This document shows, piece by piece, positions 13,196 to 25,110 of a DNA stretch of 64,000 bases (positions within the stretch are counted from its first letter, which is position 1; every line of letters starts with the position of its first letter). The position numbers and the translations under genes are program-made. Source of the stretch: Takakia lepidozioides (lineage: Eukaryota > Plantae > Bryophyta). Under the pieces are notes generated by a model that saw only the letters and a program-made list of their open reading frames with translations, was not told where the DNA came from and did no database searches. The stretch covers positions 81,530,001 to 81,594,000 of the forward strand of contig CM060731.1 in NCBI GenBank assembly GCA_030704615.1, read 5' to 3'.

Positions 13196-13799
13196 CTACT
13201 GTTGGAACTCAGTTTTCTGGAATATTGTCTGTCTCATTCCAGGAGTTTTGGACATTTCATTACACTGCAAAACAAAGTCTAATGCATCAAAATGCAATTG
13301 AAAATATTCATATGGTGGATTCCCTTTGCCCCATGAATGATTTCTGGAATCCCGGCGGAGGAATTTGTGCAGTTCGTTCACGCTCAATGCTGGTGCATGA
13401 ATAAAGTCATCAATAGTCAAGTTCATCCTCAACCTCTTCAGGTAAATGTAATACAGATGCTTGCACGGATAATACTTTGAACCCTTCTTTGCTTCCATCA
13501 ATGAGAAGTCCGTACAATTGCAAGTCAGCTTTACTCCAATCGTAATTGTGTATACGTCGTTGCGTACAGCTGAGCCGACCGTTGTCATCCGATAAACACG
13601 CCCAAGAACGGGTAGGGGTACGTCCACGGAGCTCTGAATAGTGCAAGCCATCCCAAGAGCATTGGCAATCCGAGTCTCATTCAACTTGTTGGGAGGGTAT
13701 TTTCTCTTCACTCTTCCGAATCGCATTGTGGGATGTGCAGAATTGTCCAATCCGTCTCCACTGGACCGAGCAGTCTGCAATGGCTGGGTCTGAGGAACT
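13196..13799 (-). pseudogene. MULE-like transposase, C-terminal SWIM zinc-finger segment
   Basis: YTITIGVKLTCNCTDF...PCKHLYYI is a SWIM motif (CxC-xn-CxH). It joins 21207 in frame once the 13800-21206 insertion is removed (QAFPV|PQTQPLQ). Confidence 0.8.
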
Positions 13800-14589
13800 T
13801 GTCGTGCGCATACATATCGCTACACAACTACATCGCTGTCCAAACCACACCACATATATATATGCACAATAAAGTAGTCTGCCACAATGATAAGAAAACC
13901 AAATAACACACTGTTGACACAAAACATGAAAACCAAAACCATCACTCTTTGAAATAGTAGGCGAGCCAGGGGCATCCCAAGCTATGGGGACTCCACCCCA
14001 CAACAACCTACACTCCCATCATGAGTACACTCAGATCTAAACGCATGTAGGAGCTCGGTCGCGCAGGCTGAACTCGAGAGAGATGAGCTACGCGACTGCC
14101 GCTCTCGTGAAGATAAGGCCGTTCAGGTGTCAAACTAAACTTGACACCTGATTTAACACTTGACCTAAATCCAAGTGTTAAATACAAATAACTAGCTTTA
14201 TTCTAGTTCTTTTCACACTGTGCTTATTTAACTTGACAGCTATCGTGCGCATACATATCGCTACACAACTACATCGCTGTCCAAACCACACCACATATAT
14301 ATATGCACAATAAAGTAGTCTGCCACAATCGCCCCCCTAGCTGGTGGGTAGGTCCATCTACCTCCAGATAGCTACAAGATTGTAATAGCCACAGCCGTAC
14401 TAAGTCCTCTATCACTGCCCCTATTGCACTCAAACTCTATAGACCAAGAGGCCGGGTACAAGAATAGCCCCATCGTTAGTCGTCATCTTGCAATCTGTGA
14501 ACTTGAGCCAGGACCTCGTGTGTTCAAGGTCTCCTAGTAGCTGGGGCCTTGCGTTTCTTGTTAGCCTTCCATGGTTGTATCCACTCCCA

Positions 14590-16440
14590 CTATCCAATGC
14601 AATGTGGACATAACCAATCCCCATCCGGGTTACCATCTCAAGAGGTGGAGTCAAGCATCCCATATGCCAACCTCTAGAGCATCGATCACACACCAGCATG
14701 GTGGCTGCCCCTTTAGCAGACCCACACAACATGCACCTCAAACCTGCAGATACCACTGCCAGGTTTGGGTCAATCCTGCCATCGACATTCGGAAGGTGAC
14801 ATGGCGCACAATTACGCACATGGTCATTCCAAAGTTATGCCATCCCCCCCTCCCTAAGACCAAGACGCCTGAAGGCAAAGACCTCTCGAACCCTCAAAAA
14901 AATACCGTCCTGCAGTCACATCCAGGGTCGTAGGAGCAGTCTGCTGCAATAGACATAGTCACCAGGGTTGAATCTCCGAACCCCAGGACGATATAGCCCC
15001 CACCACGTATGGTAGCATACCTCAAACGTATCACGATGTTGTGCAATGGCAAGGTTCTCGAAAGCCATTGGCATGACTCTCTTGAACAACTCTGCACGCT
15101 GCTCACATGCACGTACCCACATGTCCGGATCGTCAAGGTTAAGAACTGTAGCAGCTTCTCTGCGAATGGATGTAGGCAAATCCGGCTCTCGGCCAAAGAA
15201 AAGAAAGTATGGTGAGAAGGAGGCAAGTGATGCTTGCTTGCTGAACCTGTAGCCCATGGTTAACCAGGGTAACTGAAGGTCCCAATCTCCTAGGTGTCCA
15301 TTCTGCAAGCCATACTTGCGCAAAACCCCTCTTTACTGTCTGAACACTCTCTCTGCCAAGCCATCGGCCTCAGGATGATCCCGAGAAGTGGTGCGGTGGT
15401 CTATCAAGGCCTTGTCACACAAACGCCTGAAACTCCCCCAAGAACTCTCTCCCTTGGTCCGTGAGTACCCTCAGCTGGAGCACCGAATCGGCTAAGCACA
15501 ATCCAAGAATGCATACAAGCTCCCTCACTAGCCTTATCAGGCAATGGAACCAATTCAATCCACTTGGAGAAGTGCTCCACCATCACTAACACGTACTTGT
15601 TGTGGCGCATGTCAGTGGCAACGGGCCTGCGAAGTCAAGACTCCACCTGTAGCCCAATCCCATGATCGGAAGAGGGTGCAATGTGGAGTAGGGGCGTTGA
15701 AATGAAGCACGCACCCTGTCACACACATGCACCTAGCCACAAATTGTTGCACCTCTGTGTGCATACCACGCCACCAATACTGCCTCTGCAGTAGACTATG
15801 AGTGCGTCGCACCCCAAAAATGCCCCAACTCCTCATGGGGCATGGCGCACTAACCGTGCCCGCTGTGTTGGGGTGAGGCACAATCCTCACTTGACCATCC
15901 TCCCACACTCGGAGCAGATGTGTCCCCTCCCACTTGAACCTCTTGGCTCGTTGTAGGATCCGATCCATCTCCTTGGCAGTCACAGTGGCTGCCGTGTCTC
16001 CAGTGCGGAGGTAGTAGTCCAACAACAAGTGAATCCTCATGTATATCTTTGGCGCCACCTTGCTATTGCTGGCCTCAGGGTCCTCAGACACTTGATCTAC
16101 AGTCATCCCTGTTGTAGGTCCAACCTGGCCTTCCACTGCCAAGATACATAGAAATGCAGATGCATGCCATCCGGGCACCATCTCCTCGTCCGTCTCACCA
16201 TGCCACCGAGCTCCAGTGTCATCTTGTTGGCTCATGCATGGATTGCGACTCAACCCATCTGCATTGCGATTGACCAAACCTGGTCGATGCACCACCTGAA
16301 AGTCATACTCTTGAAGGATGAGTGGCCACCGTGCAAGCTTCCCTGTAAGCTTGTCTGACTCCATCAACCATTTGAGTGGTTGGTGATCCGTGACAAGGGT
16401 GAAGAGATTGTCGTATAGATAGCACCTGAAGTGTGCCACG
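14590..16440 (-). pseudogene. RNase H C-terminus, integrase (HHCC + rve core) and PHD finger, frameshifted
   Basis: TLVTDHQPLKWL...ARWPLILQEYDF...NADGLSR; KWIELVPLPDK...FGAPAE; CMLCGS...CDRCSRGWHMGC. Confidence 0.85.
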
Positions 16441-17257
16441 CATACCAAAACTGGATTGCTTGAGCTTCAGTAACCCCTTGGGTCACACTTATCAAGCGCC
16501 TCATACGAGTGTACGCCTCTCGCAGGCTCTCACTGGGTTTGCGCTGGAAGTCTTGCAAACTTCGCAGCTTCTCTGTCTGTACACCTTGGTAGTTCCTCCG
16601 CAACTCCTGGAAGAACTCCACCAATGGGTTGAATCTAGGCACATGTATTGTAGTCGTGGCAGGATGAGTAGTAGCACCTTTTGAACTGGTACCACCTACA
16701 GAAGTACCAGCACTACTTGCTCCACTACTAGTGCTGGCAGTGGGAGATATTGGTGCTGATGCAGCTACTGGTCGCGTCGTGCCTCGAGTAATGGAGACGT
16801 AGTCAGGTGACCAATACATCCTCCACTCCTCAATCTCTGCTTCATGTCCTCGCCTGAACTCGTGGTAATCGTCCATAGGCGGGCCTTTCCAATGCTAGAA
16901 CAGTCCCTTCCACGCCATGAATGGGGTGAATAGCTGTGGATTGCGCATCTGCTGCAAATCACACCAGCTGTCGAACTCCTGGATAAAGTCATCCAGCTCA
17001 ATTGTGCCCACAACTCCAGAGTACCTACGAGGCCCCTTGGTAGCTCCATACATCTCCTCCATGTCGTCCCACAACAATGGCGAATGAAAGTGCACACATG
17101 TTGATGAAGCCTCCGAGTCTGTGTCTGACTCTACAGTAATTGAGGGTGGCGGTGAAGGTGGTCTGAACCGAATACCTCGTCTTGTGAACCCACTCTCACT
17201 GTTACTGCCTATAGCCGTACTCCCCTCAAAAACCCTTGGGTAACTCCGTAATGACAC
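16441..17257 (-). pseudogene. gag N-terminal part, fused to RNase H by an internal deletion
   Basis: Near-identical to 32835-33650 (LDDFIQEFDSWC...FQRKPSESLREAYTRMRRL). It jumps from AIQFWY directly into RNase H sequence. Confidence 0.8.
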
Positions 17258-18850
17258 TCACAATGTGCACCTCCTCCACGTGACACTATAAGGCTCTAGT
17301 ACTAATCTAATAGTGACACAGGTGGGCACCTGTTGCAGTTTAAGGGTCATATCCCAATGGCTCAGGGCACTTGCACCTGCATCCACCGCAAGAACTCCTA
17401 TGGTTGGCTGGTCATCAACCCAGCCTCACCATAGAAGAAACACTGGTGGTCTTGCTGGTCATCACTCCAGCCTCACCACCGACAGCATACTCTAGGATTG
17501 ACCAGTGATCAAATCGGCCTAATCCCTATGAAAGCAAGCGCCCACACAAAAACCAACATGGCGCACAGTCAAGCATGCAGGTGTTGGGGGCGATCCAAAC
17601 ACAAGAAATCAAAAACATCAACACCCCCACACCAAAATCCAGCTGCAATGCTGATCCTGCAGAATAGCCCAGCCCAAAACCCCGGACTGACTGGCCTCCA
17701 CCAAGAGAGGCTTTGGCAACTATAAGTACTAGGTAATGAAAATAGTACAGAGATGGAGGGGAAGAATAGAAGCCCGACCAAGCAAGATCTAATCCTGATC
17801 TATGCTATCAACTGCCAGACTTCTCTCAAAGTGCCTCGCTCTGCATGATGGTAAGGTGTAGGAGGTATATCTATGTCCAGAAACCTGCCACTAACCTTGT
17901 CCCAAGCTACAGTAGCTCGCTCTAAACCAACCCTCCTCCTCTTTCTGCCAGGTAGAGACAAAGCAATACTCCCCTATCTCCCGCTCACTGAACACTAAAG
18001 AAAACAAAGGTAGGGTCTGATAGTCTCTCAACTCGAAAGCTTTGAGACGGTTGCGAGTGTCCTCATTGCGAATGACTCCATCTCCTTCACGCACAACAAA
18101 CATGTCATTGCAAATGAACCCCCGCTCGTGGTTGCCCTGTGTAGAGCGTGTCCGGCTGCAACGCTGTCTGATTGCACAAACTTGTGTAGCTCCTGCTCCT
18201 CTGCTCCAGTACACCCACGGCCTTGGCTGAACACCTTGGTACCCGGGGCTGTCTTTGGCTGTGTTCCAAGCCTAGCTTTCACCCACTTGGTATTTCACTT
18301 ACAGCTGCAGAACTGCTGGCTCCAACAGAGTTCTGACTGTCCAAGGCGATATTGAGGCCCTCAATGCCAACTACAGCAGTCTGTTATCTACTGCTAATGC
18401 CTGACTCCCAGTATGCAATCAACTCTTCCAACTGTTCTCCACTCAAATCAGTCTGAGTTCCTTGGGAAACATAAATCCTGTCCCCTTGTGTGCACAGGCT
18501 AAGAGAAGAGATCTGCCCTTCAATTACGTCCTCATTTCCCCCAGCCATACAAGGAGTACATCCACAGATTTGTCTCTCATATAGACCAGCACAGGTTCTA
18601 GAAACAGAATTGTGGATCTTTCATGACACACTCACACCTCTAAAAAATTCCATAGATTTTTAGCAGAGTCCTAAAACAAAAATCAGGTCTAGATAGGTAG
18701 ATTTCCCCTTTCTGCAGCTATCCCCTCAAAAACTGAGTCAAACAGAGCCCATTTGACAAAGATATGACCATCTTCAGCCGCAGCGTGCAGGCCCAGTTCG
18801 AGGAAGAGGAGCAATAACGCAGGAGCAGATCCGCCATCGCCAGAGCTCAA

Positions 18851-18940
18851 ATGCCCCCGCCATCGGAGAAGATTCACAGGCTAGTTGATGAAATCTCCAG
18901 CCTCACTCTACTTGAAGTTTCGGATCTCACAACGCTGTTG
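18851..18940 (+). pseudogene. captured fragment of organellar ribosomal protein L7/L12 (bL12) N-terminal domain
   Basis: PPSEKIHRLVDEISSLTLLEVSDLTTLL. Confidence 0.8.
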
Positions 18941-19954
18941 AACTCAAATGAAATGGAGGGGAACAGCAGGCACATGGCCAGGGAACCTAGGAAACCATAT
19001 AGAAACTTAGGGAACCGGGAACCAGTTACCAGATATTTTGGGTGTAACTTTAAATTTTAAACTTGAAAACTTATTATAAAAAAAAAAAAAAAAAAACCCT
19101 TTGATCTAATTTAAATGATTTAGAGCCAAATTGGCTTGCAACAGTGAGCGGTAGCAGGACGAGGCAAGAACTGACTCATAGCAGGGAGCTCCCTTGCTCT
19201 GCAATGGGCCCCATCTTCTTTGCCTCCCGCTCTTTTCATGTGCCTGCTCACCTCCCTCTCAGTGCAGCATTCCTTCTAATGCCACCCGCAGTGCTCGCAA
19301 TTTCATGTTGCCACCAATACAGGGAAGTGCCACCAATCCCGAGCTTATTCTGTCTTCCTTGAAAAGCCTGTTGGCCTATCTCAATCTTCTCATGTACTTA
19401 GCTTTTCTATCACAGTACTTGCCAGTTCACCTCCATGGCTGTGACCCTGCTCTCAAACAGTATATAAACATACATAAACTGTGCATCACACAGGCAGTCC
19501 TAAGGCTCTGTATTCTCTACACCTTTTAGCCTGTGACCACCTTCTTGGCAACAATCCAGGCTCTAGGATCTAACCTGCAACATGAGTGTGCAAAAGAACC
19601 GTTGTGATGCACACTCATCCAAAGAGTTCTGCTCCAGCTCAATACTCCATGCCCATTTGCTCTCACTCCTTACGGGCCGTCAAGTGGTCTTGGATAGAAA
19701 ACTCCCAGCTATCAAGACTTTATGGAGTAATATGAAATGCGACAGTCACCAGTATGACTGTGTTGAGCGCACCGATACATTAAAACGCTTACTGAAATGC
19801 TGCTTTTCGCTTTTTTGGCAGCCTTCTTGGCCATTCGAGAACCTTTGTCTGCAAGAAGAATGGAAGCAAAACACATGTGTGTCTGCTCTTCACCCTCTCC
19901 AAGATCTGCCACATGAAAGCCTTGTTTTACCAGACCTGTGTAGGGAGGCTCTTG

Positions 19955-20147
19955 CAAGGCCTGCATCCCTCAAGACTTCATCTATTGCAACATCATCATT
20001 CCATGCCACCTCAGGAATCACTTTGTTAAAATGACGTTGAATCTTCGTGACGTTTCGCTCATCTTGATCTGTGAGCAACAAATTGAAAGCAACACCTTTG
20101 CGACCAAACCGCCCGCTTCGACCGATTCGGTGCAGATATGTCTCAGG
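19955..20147 (-). pseudogene. captured C-terminal fragment of a DEAD-box RNA helicase (DBP5/RH38-like)
   Basis: [24 protein letters not shown]...[15 protein letters not shown]...LRDAGL (motif VI plus C-terminus). Confidence 0.8.
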
Positions 20148-21206
20148 GAGCTCTGTTCCCGAAAGCTTGACTGAACGAGGGAAAGTGGTCCGGTGCAGAA
20201 TCTCAGCGACATCAGCATTCCTCAGAAGTTCGTCTCCTTCATTGTGACCGGAAGTCAAATGCGTTCACATTGGCGAAGGTAACTGGTGCCTTGAACTTCC
20301 AACCCTGCAGCAAATGGCCATTGCGAGAGACAGCAAACAATGCAGACTTGCTGCCCTGCAAATTGGAACTAACTTAAGCCGGGAGAGACCTAATATTGCA
20401 TGGAACGGAAGCCAGTCCCACTCATGCTGGCGGAATATCGCTGGTCACCAAATCCCAGCCAGCGCGGGCCCTTCGCCGGGAGAGAGCAGGAGTAGCTTCA
20501 GATGAAGAAAGCAGTGTCTCGTTATCCCAGATATGAGAGAAATGGCTAATGTTGGCCGCCTCCCATGGGCCCATCGCGCCATCGCGCAGGCAGACAGTTC
20601 AGTGGTCACTACAAGACTCCATCACCAAGACCTTGTGGCCAACTATCAAAGTCTCCAACCTCCACACCTCTTGTTTTTTTTTTTTTTAAACTCACGAGCA
20701 GAGACGACAACTAGATCTGCGCGCACAGCCCATGGCAACAGCAGGGGCCAGATGGACTCCTGCCCCAAGATGTATATTATAATAGTGCTAAAAAAACATT
20801 GTATCTAGCTTAGCATTAAAAACTAGGTAGCATGATCTCTCTCGAGTGATAAGAAAACTAGAAAAACACACTGTTTACACAAGAAAACAACATGAATCCA
20901 ACAGCATCACTCTTTAAGATAATAGTAGTTGAGCCAGGGGCACCCCAAGCTATGGGGACTCCACCCCACAACAACCTACACTCCCATCATGAGTACACTC
21001 AGATCTAAACGCATGCAGGAGTTCGGTCGCACAGGCTCAACTCGAGAGAGATGAGCTACGCGACTGCCGCTCTCGTGAAGATAAGGCCGTTCAGGTGTCA
21101 AACTAAACTTGACACCTGATTTAACACTTGACCTAAATCCAAGTGTTAAATAAAAATAACTAGCTTTATTCTAGTTCTTTTCACACTGTGCTTATTTAAC
21201 TTGACA

Positions 21207-22132
21207 AACTGGAAATGCCTGGGCCGGGACGTCTGTGCCTTGCACCATTCGAAATCCTGCTGTAGAAAGAGCATCCGCCTCATTCTGAGAGAGGTTGCAA
21301 CCCAGTGCAACATGCCAGACACCCGGAGGCTTCGGCATTCCCTGAATCCCGTACTTGGGCTTGCCAAATACACAGGTCATTATGTCGTGCCTACAGAACC
21401 AAAACGTCTGCGTTGTGGCGTGAGCAAATATGAGAGTCAAAAATCTGCCGCTGAAACAAGGTGCAGGTACAGCACCGTGTGGGTTCCTCCGAATCATCTC
21501 ACCACACCGTGCTCTCGTATCCACCCAGATGGCGCAACACTTCTCTCGAAATGCCGACAATGTCCTTGCAATTCTCCACTGTGACTCTGACACTCTTGTC
21601 TCCACAATGGGTATGTTGTACTGCGTTACTATATATGGCTCGTTATGTTCCTCGGGCATGTGTCATGTGCTCAAAGGAGATGGTGATCTTGAACGTGCAG
21701 GACTTGCAGTGCTCGACGAGACCTCATCGGGCAACATCACGGGACCACGAGGGAGCGTGCGAATATTCTTGTTAGCTCGCCATGAATCCTCTTCTCCGCC
21801 AGGTGCCTCGTCAAGTCTCCGTCTCACTGGACGGGTGTGAACATCTCCTTCCAAGTGTTGGCCTCTTCGAAGCAATGGCGTGTCCCGAGGGCCCTCTCGC
21901 AAGGCTGCTGCCCACTTCCGAGGATTCTTTGATCTGGAGGCAGTCCGCATCAGCATTTCCTGCCTGTCCGGCCCCAAGCCCCACTGTTTCCTTTCAAGAA
22001 CTCGTTGTACCTGCATTGCTGTATAATTGACCTCATAATGTCCTCCGTTGTGGCAGTGAGGATGTCCACTAGATGCGCCGCAGAGGAGACACGCCAGGAA
22101 GAATATACTGATTCGGCCATGTTTGTTGTCGG
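21207..22132 (-). pseudogene. MULE-like transposase, middle segment with catalytic-E region
   Basis: TTNMAESVYSSW matches the T-x-N-x-x-E-S motif. It joins 39920 (DTDM[P/S]|TTNMAES) and 13799 in frame after the insertions are excised. Confidence 0.8.
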
Positions 22133-23036
22133 TGTCAAATTAAATAAACCATTCTCAGATATAACCACAGGTTGACAAAAATCGTAGCAACATCTCAAGC
22201 CTCATGTTCTGCTCCACTTGGCACACATAGCCAGTCTAATTGCAGGCTCCCTGTGACCAAGCTATATTATAATAATGCTTAAAAACAAAAACTTAATATT
22301 AGCTCAGCACTAGAAAACTAGATAGAGGATCTCTCTCGAGTGATAAGAAAGGACTAAACTCAAATAACAAGAGAAACACAAAACACAACACCATCACTCT
22401 TTAAAATAGTAGTCAATCCAGGGGCACCCCAAGCTATGGGGACTCCACCCCACAACAATACTCAGGTTTTGAACGGTGAAGAAGCTCGGTCGTGCAGGCT
22501 CAACTCGAGAGAGATGAGCCGCACGACTGACGCTCTCGTGAAGATAAGACGGTTCAGGTGTCAAACTAAAATTGACACCTGACTTAACACTTGAACTAAA
22601 TCCAAGTGTTAAATACAAATAACTAGCTTTATTCTAGTTAGTTTCACGCTTGCGCTGGAATCGGACACCGTGCCGCCAAAGCGATCTCGCTGCCGGTCAT
22701 GCGTTGCGGTGTCGTGAACTCCTCGCTTTCTTACATCGATTTAGCTAAAGCCACGTTTCTTATGCCCATAAATGGCTGCATGCCTTCACATCGCAATAAA
22801 GAAAGAGGATAGACAGAAGAGCCGGACGATGCACCGGAGAGCGGTAGCCATGAGGCGGGCTGTGGTGCAAGCTGTTGCTTCCTGCATGAACGCAGGATTT
22901 TCCTCTCCGTGCCAGCAAGGTGATCAAGTGTGAGTAGGCTGTTCGTGCTTCTGCAGCAGGAGTTGGCCACAAGGCCATCCTCCCTTCCATTTGATGAGGG
23001 TGAGGTGGATGGAAGGAGGAGACTATAGCAAGTAGA

Positions 23037-23465
23037 CCATCAAGTGGTCAGTAAGTTGGTTGAGCCGAGTTTCCAGCTCCAGTTCCATTGCTGATAAGGT
23101 GATATGCGCCTCACTTGCCAACGCTATCTTCTCTTCTAGCTCCCTTGCCTTCATCTGACATTGCTCAAGACTTGTACGAAGCTCCAGTTGCTATTGCTGA
23201 AAGGAATCACGTTCAAGTTTATCATGCTGGGCTGACTCTGCCTGAGACTGCAAAGGTTGCCTTAGTGCAAAGTGGAGGCTTGCGATTCTACGTTCCAAAT
23301 CTGACCGGGCAACTTCCATGAAATTTCATCACCATTATCAAACTGGCTGTCCACGGCATCCAGATGCTGGTGCCGTTGCTTCCGTAATGAGCCAGCAGCT
23401 TGCTCGTCGATCTGTTGCAAAAGCTTCTCAGCCACTTTAAGTTTGGAGGAAAGCCATCCCGCCAT
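23037..23465 (-). pseudogene. captured, internally deleted fragments of golgin-84-family (GC2-like) gene
   Basis: MAGWLSSKLKVAEKLLQQIDEQAAGSL joined to the coiled-coil segment ...ELELETRLNQLTDHL. Confidence 0.75.
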
Positions 23466-23529
23466 CTTCCTTGTCTTCCTCAATCTGGTCTCATTGCTCG
23501 CGATGGATTTACAGCTATGCCAGATGACA

Positions 23530-23801
23530 TCCTTCTTTAGGTGTGATCGGTGAACTGAAGCTGAGGGCTGGTTCATCTTCTTAGTTTTGGTGGTGGCAAG
23601 CACAACTGATAGACCCTCACCAGCTGAGGCAACAGCCACTGTCTTCTTGTTGGCAAGCCCTGAATATTTGAACGTGTTCAAGTTATACAAATTGTTCGGC
23701 TCAGAGCTGAATGTCACAGATGCATTGCCATTGCCGTTCCTCGTCACCAAAAACTTGTTGCTGTTCTTTACCAACAACCAGATCAGGTCCGAAGACGCCA
23801 T
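23530..23801 (-). pseudogene. RPL28: captured uninterrupted 5' fragment of 60S ribosomal protein L28
   Basis: MASSDLIWLLVKNSNKFLV...FSSEPNNLYNLNTFKYSGLANKKTV. Confidence 0.9.
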
Positions 23802-23904
23802 CCTTCGACCCGAGGAGGGGATCCCGCTCCAACAAAATGGACGGCTGCAGCGAAATGCAATGAGCACGAAAGAGACATCCTTCTCACTAATGGAACAAGT
23901 CCTG

Positions 23905-24197
23905 GGGTGCGTTTGCTGGAGTTTCTGGCGACTATGCCATCGTCGTGTCTCACAACCCTGACAGCGGCACTACTCGCATTAAGTTGCCGTCTGGAGCAAA
24001 GAAGGTTGTACCAAGCGGATGCCGAGCAATGGTAGGGCAGGTTGTTGGAGGGGGCCAAACAAAGAAGCCTATGCTGAATGCAGGTAATGCGTATCACAAG
24101 TACAAGGTGAAGCGCAACAGCTGGCCTAAGGTGCGGGGTGTGGCCATGAACCCTGTTGAGCATCCCCACGGAGGTGGTAACCATCAGCACATTGGAG
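23905..24197 (+). pseudogene. RPL8: captured internal fragment of 60S ribosomal protein L8 (uL2)
   Basis: [13 protein letters not shown]...KLPSGAKK...[25 protein letters not shown]. Confidence 0.92.
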
Positions 24198-25057
24198 CCC
24201 GCCAGAAAGCCCGACTTGCACAGAGACGAGCAGGAGACTCCCGCTGCAACCTGCATTGAGACAGCCGCCATAGCTCCTAAAGCCAATCCTTCAGCTTTGT
24301 ACGCCCGCTCTTGCCGCCCTCTCAGACTGTCGAAGCCCTTTGCCTTGAGGGTAGGGGGTCGGGACACATGAGGGGCTGCCCCTGTGGTGGGGGCAGTGGC
24401 AGCGATAGGTACGGGGGGCTGAAGCACCCTTGAGTGCCCAAGGCACTCAAGGAGGCGGAGGTGCTCACTAGGTGGAGCCCTGCACACCGGGATGCGGTGG
24501 GGGTGGCTTCACAAAGGGGTGGTGGTAGCTTAGCGGGACTTAGTGAGGGTGGCATAGGACTTACCTTGGGGCGGAGACCTCATGGTGGGAGTCGTGGGGA
24601 GTCTTGGGACTCATCACGGTCCATAGGGGCCGTGGTGGGTGGGCCAAGACTCACCGTGACTCATCACCGGGAGTCGAGGGTTTTCGTGGTGGTTCGCCAT
24701 AAAATGGCATGGTTGTTTGTGAAACCCCCCGCGGACAGCTACAGAAGTATATTTAGGGAGTAGTAACCTCGAGAACGGTGCAAGCCCGTTGGTGACCAAA
24801 AACTAGTGAGTAAGCGAGCGAGCCGGAAAGCGACCAAAGAGTGGGGAGCTGTTCCAGACTGCCAACTACCAAAGGGAATTCCCGCTGGGCCCAAATCGGT
24901 GGAGGGTTCTTTGGGAGATCAAAGGGGGACCGTTATGCCCCGGTGAGCAGCCGAAGCTCCAAGTTGGCCCGGCGGCCATGTTGGGAGTTAGGCACACGCA
25001 TCAAAGCGAGTAACTATGACTTGAAGGGGAGCTTACCGAAGTGAGGTGCGCGACACT

Positions 25058-25069
25058 TGGTATCAGAGC
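25058..25069 (+). promoter_or_regulatory. primer-binding site, tRNA-iMet
   Basis: TGGTATCAGAGC two bases after the 5' LTR. Confidence 0.9.
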
Positions 25070-25110
25070 TTAGAGTTCAGTACGTGATCGTCCTTGGGAT
25101 TGGCCTCATC

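Larger units (their letters stand above)
13800..21206 (-). mobile_element. Ty3/gypsy-like retroelement with permuted termini (B...A-B-A), internally deleted copy 1
   Basis: Ends TGTC...GACA with 4-bp TSD AACT (13796-13799 / 21207-21210). 5' B 20847-21206; 3' A 14241-14327, B 13888-14238, A 13800-13886. PPT about 14329-14339. Confidence 0.9.

Noticed and set aside
23262-23867. 201-aa ORF as a genuine RPL28-golgin fusion protein
   Set aside because: It is a chance in-frame join of truncated cargo fragments, antisense to the element.
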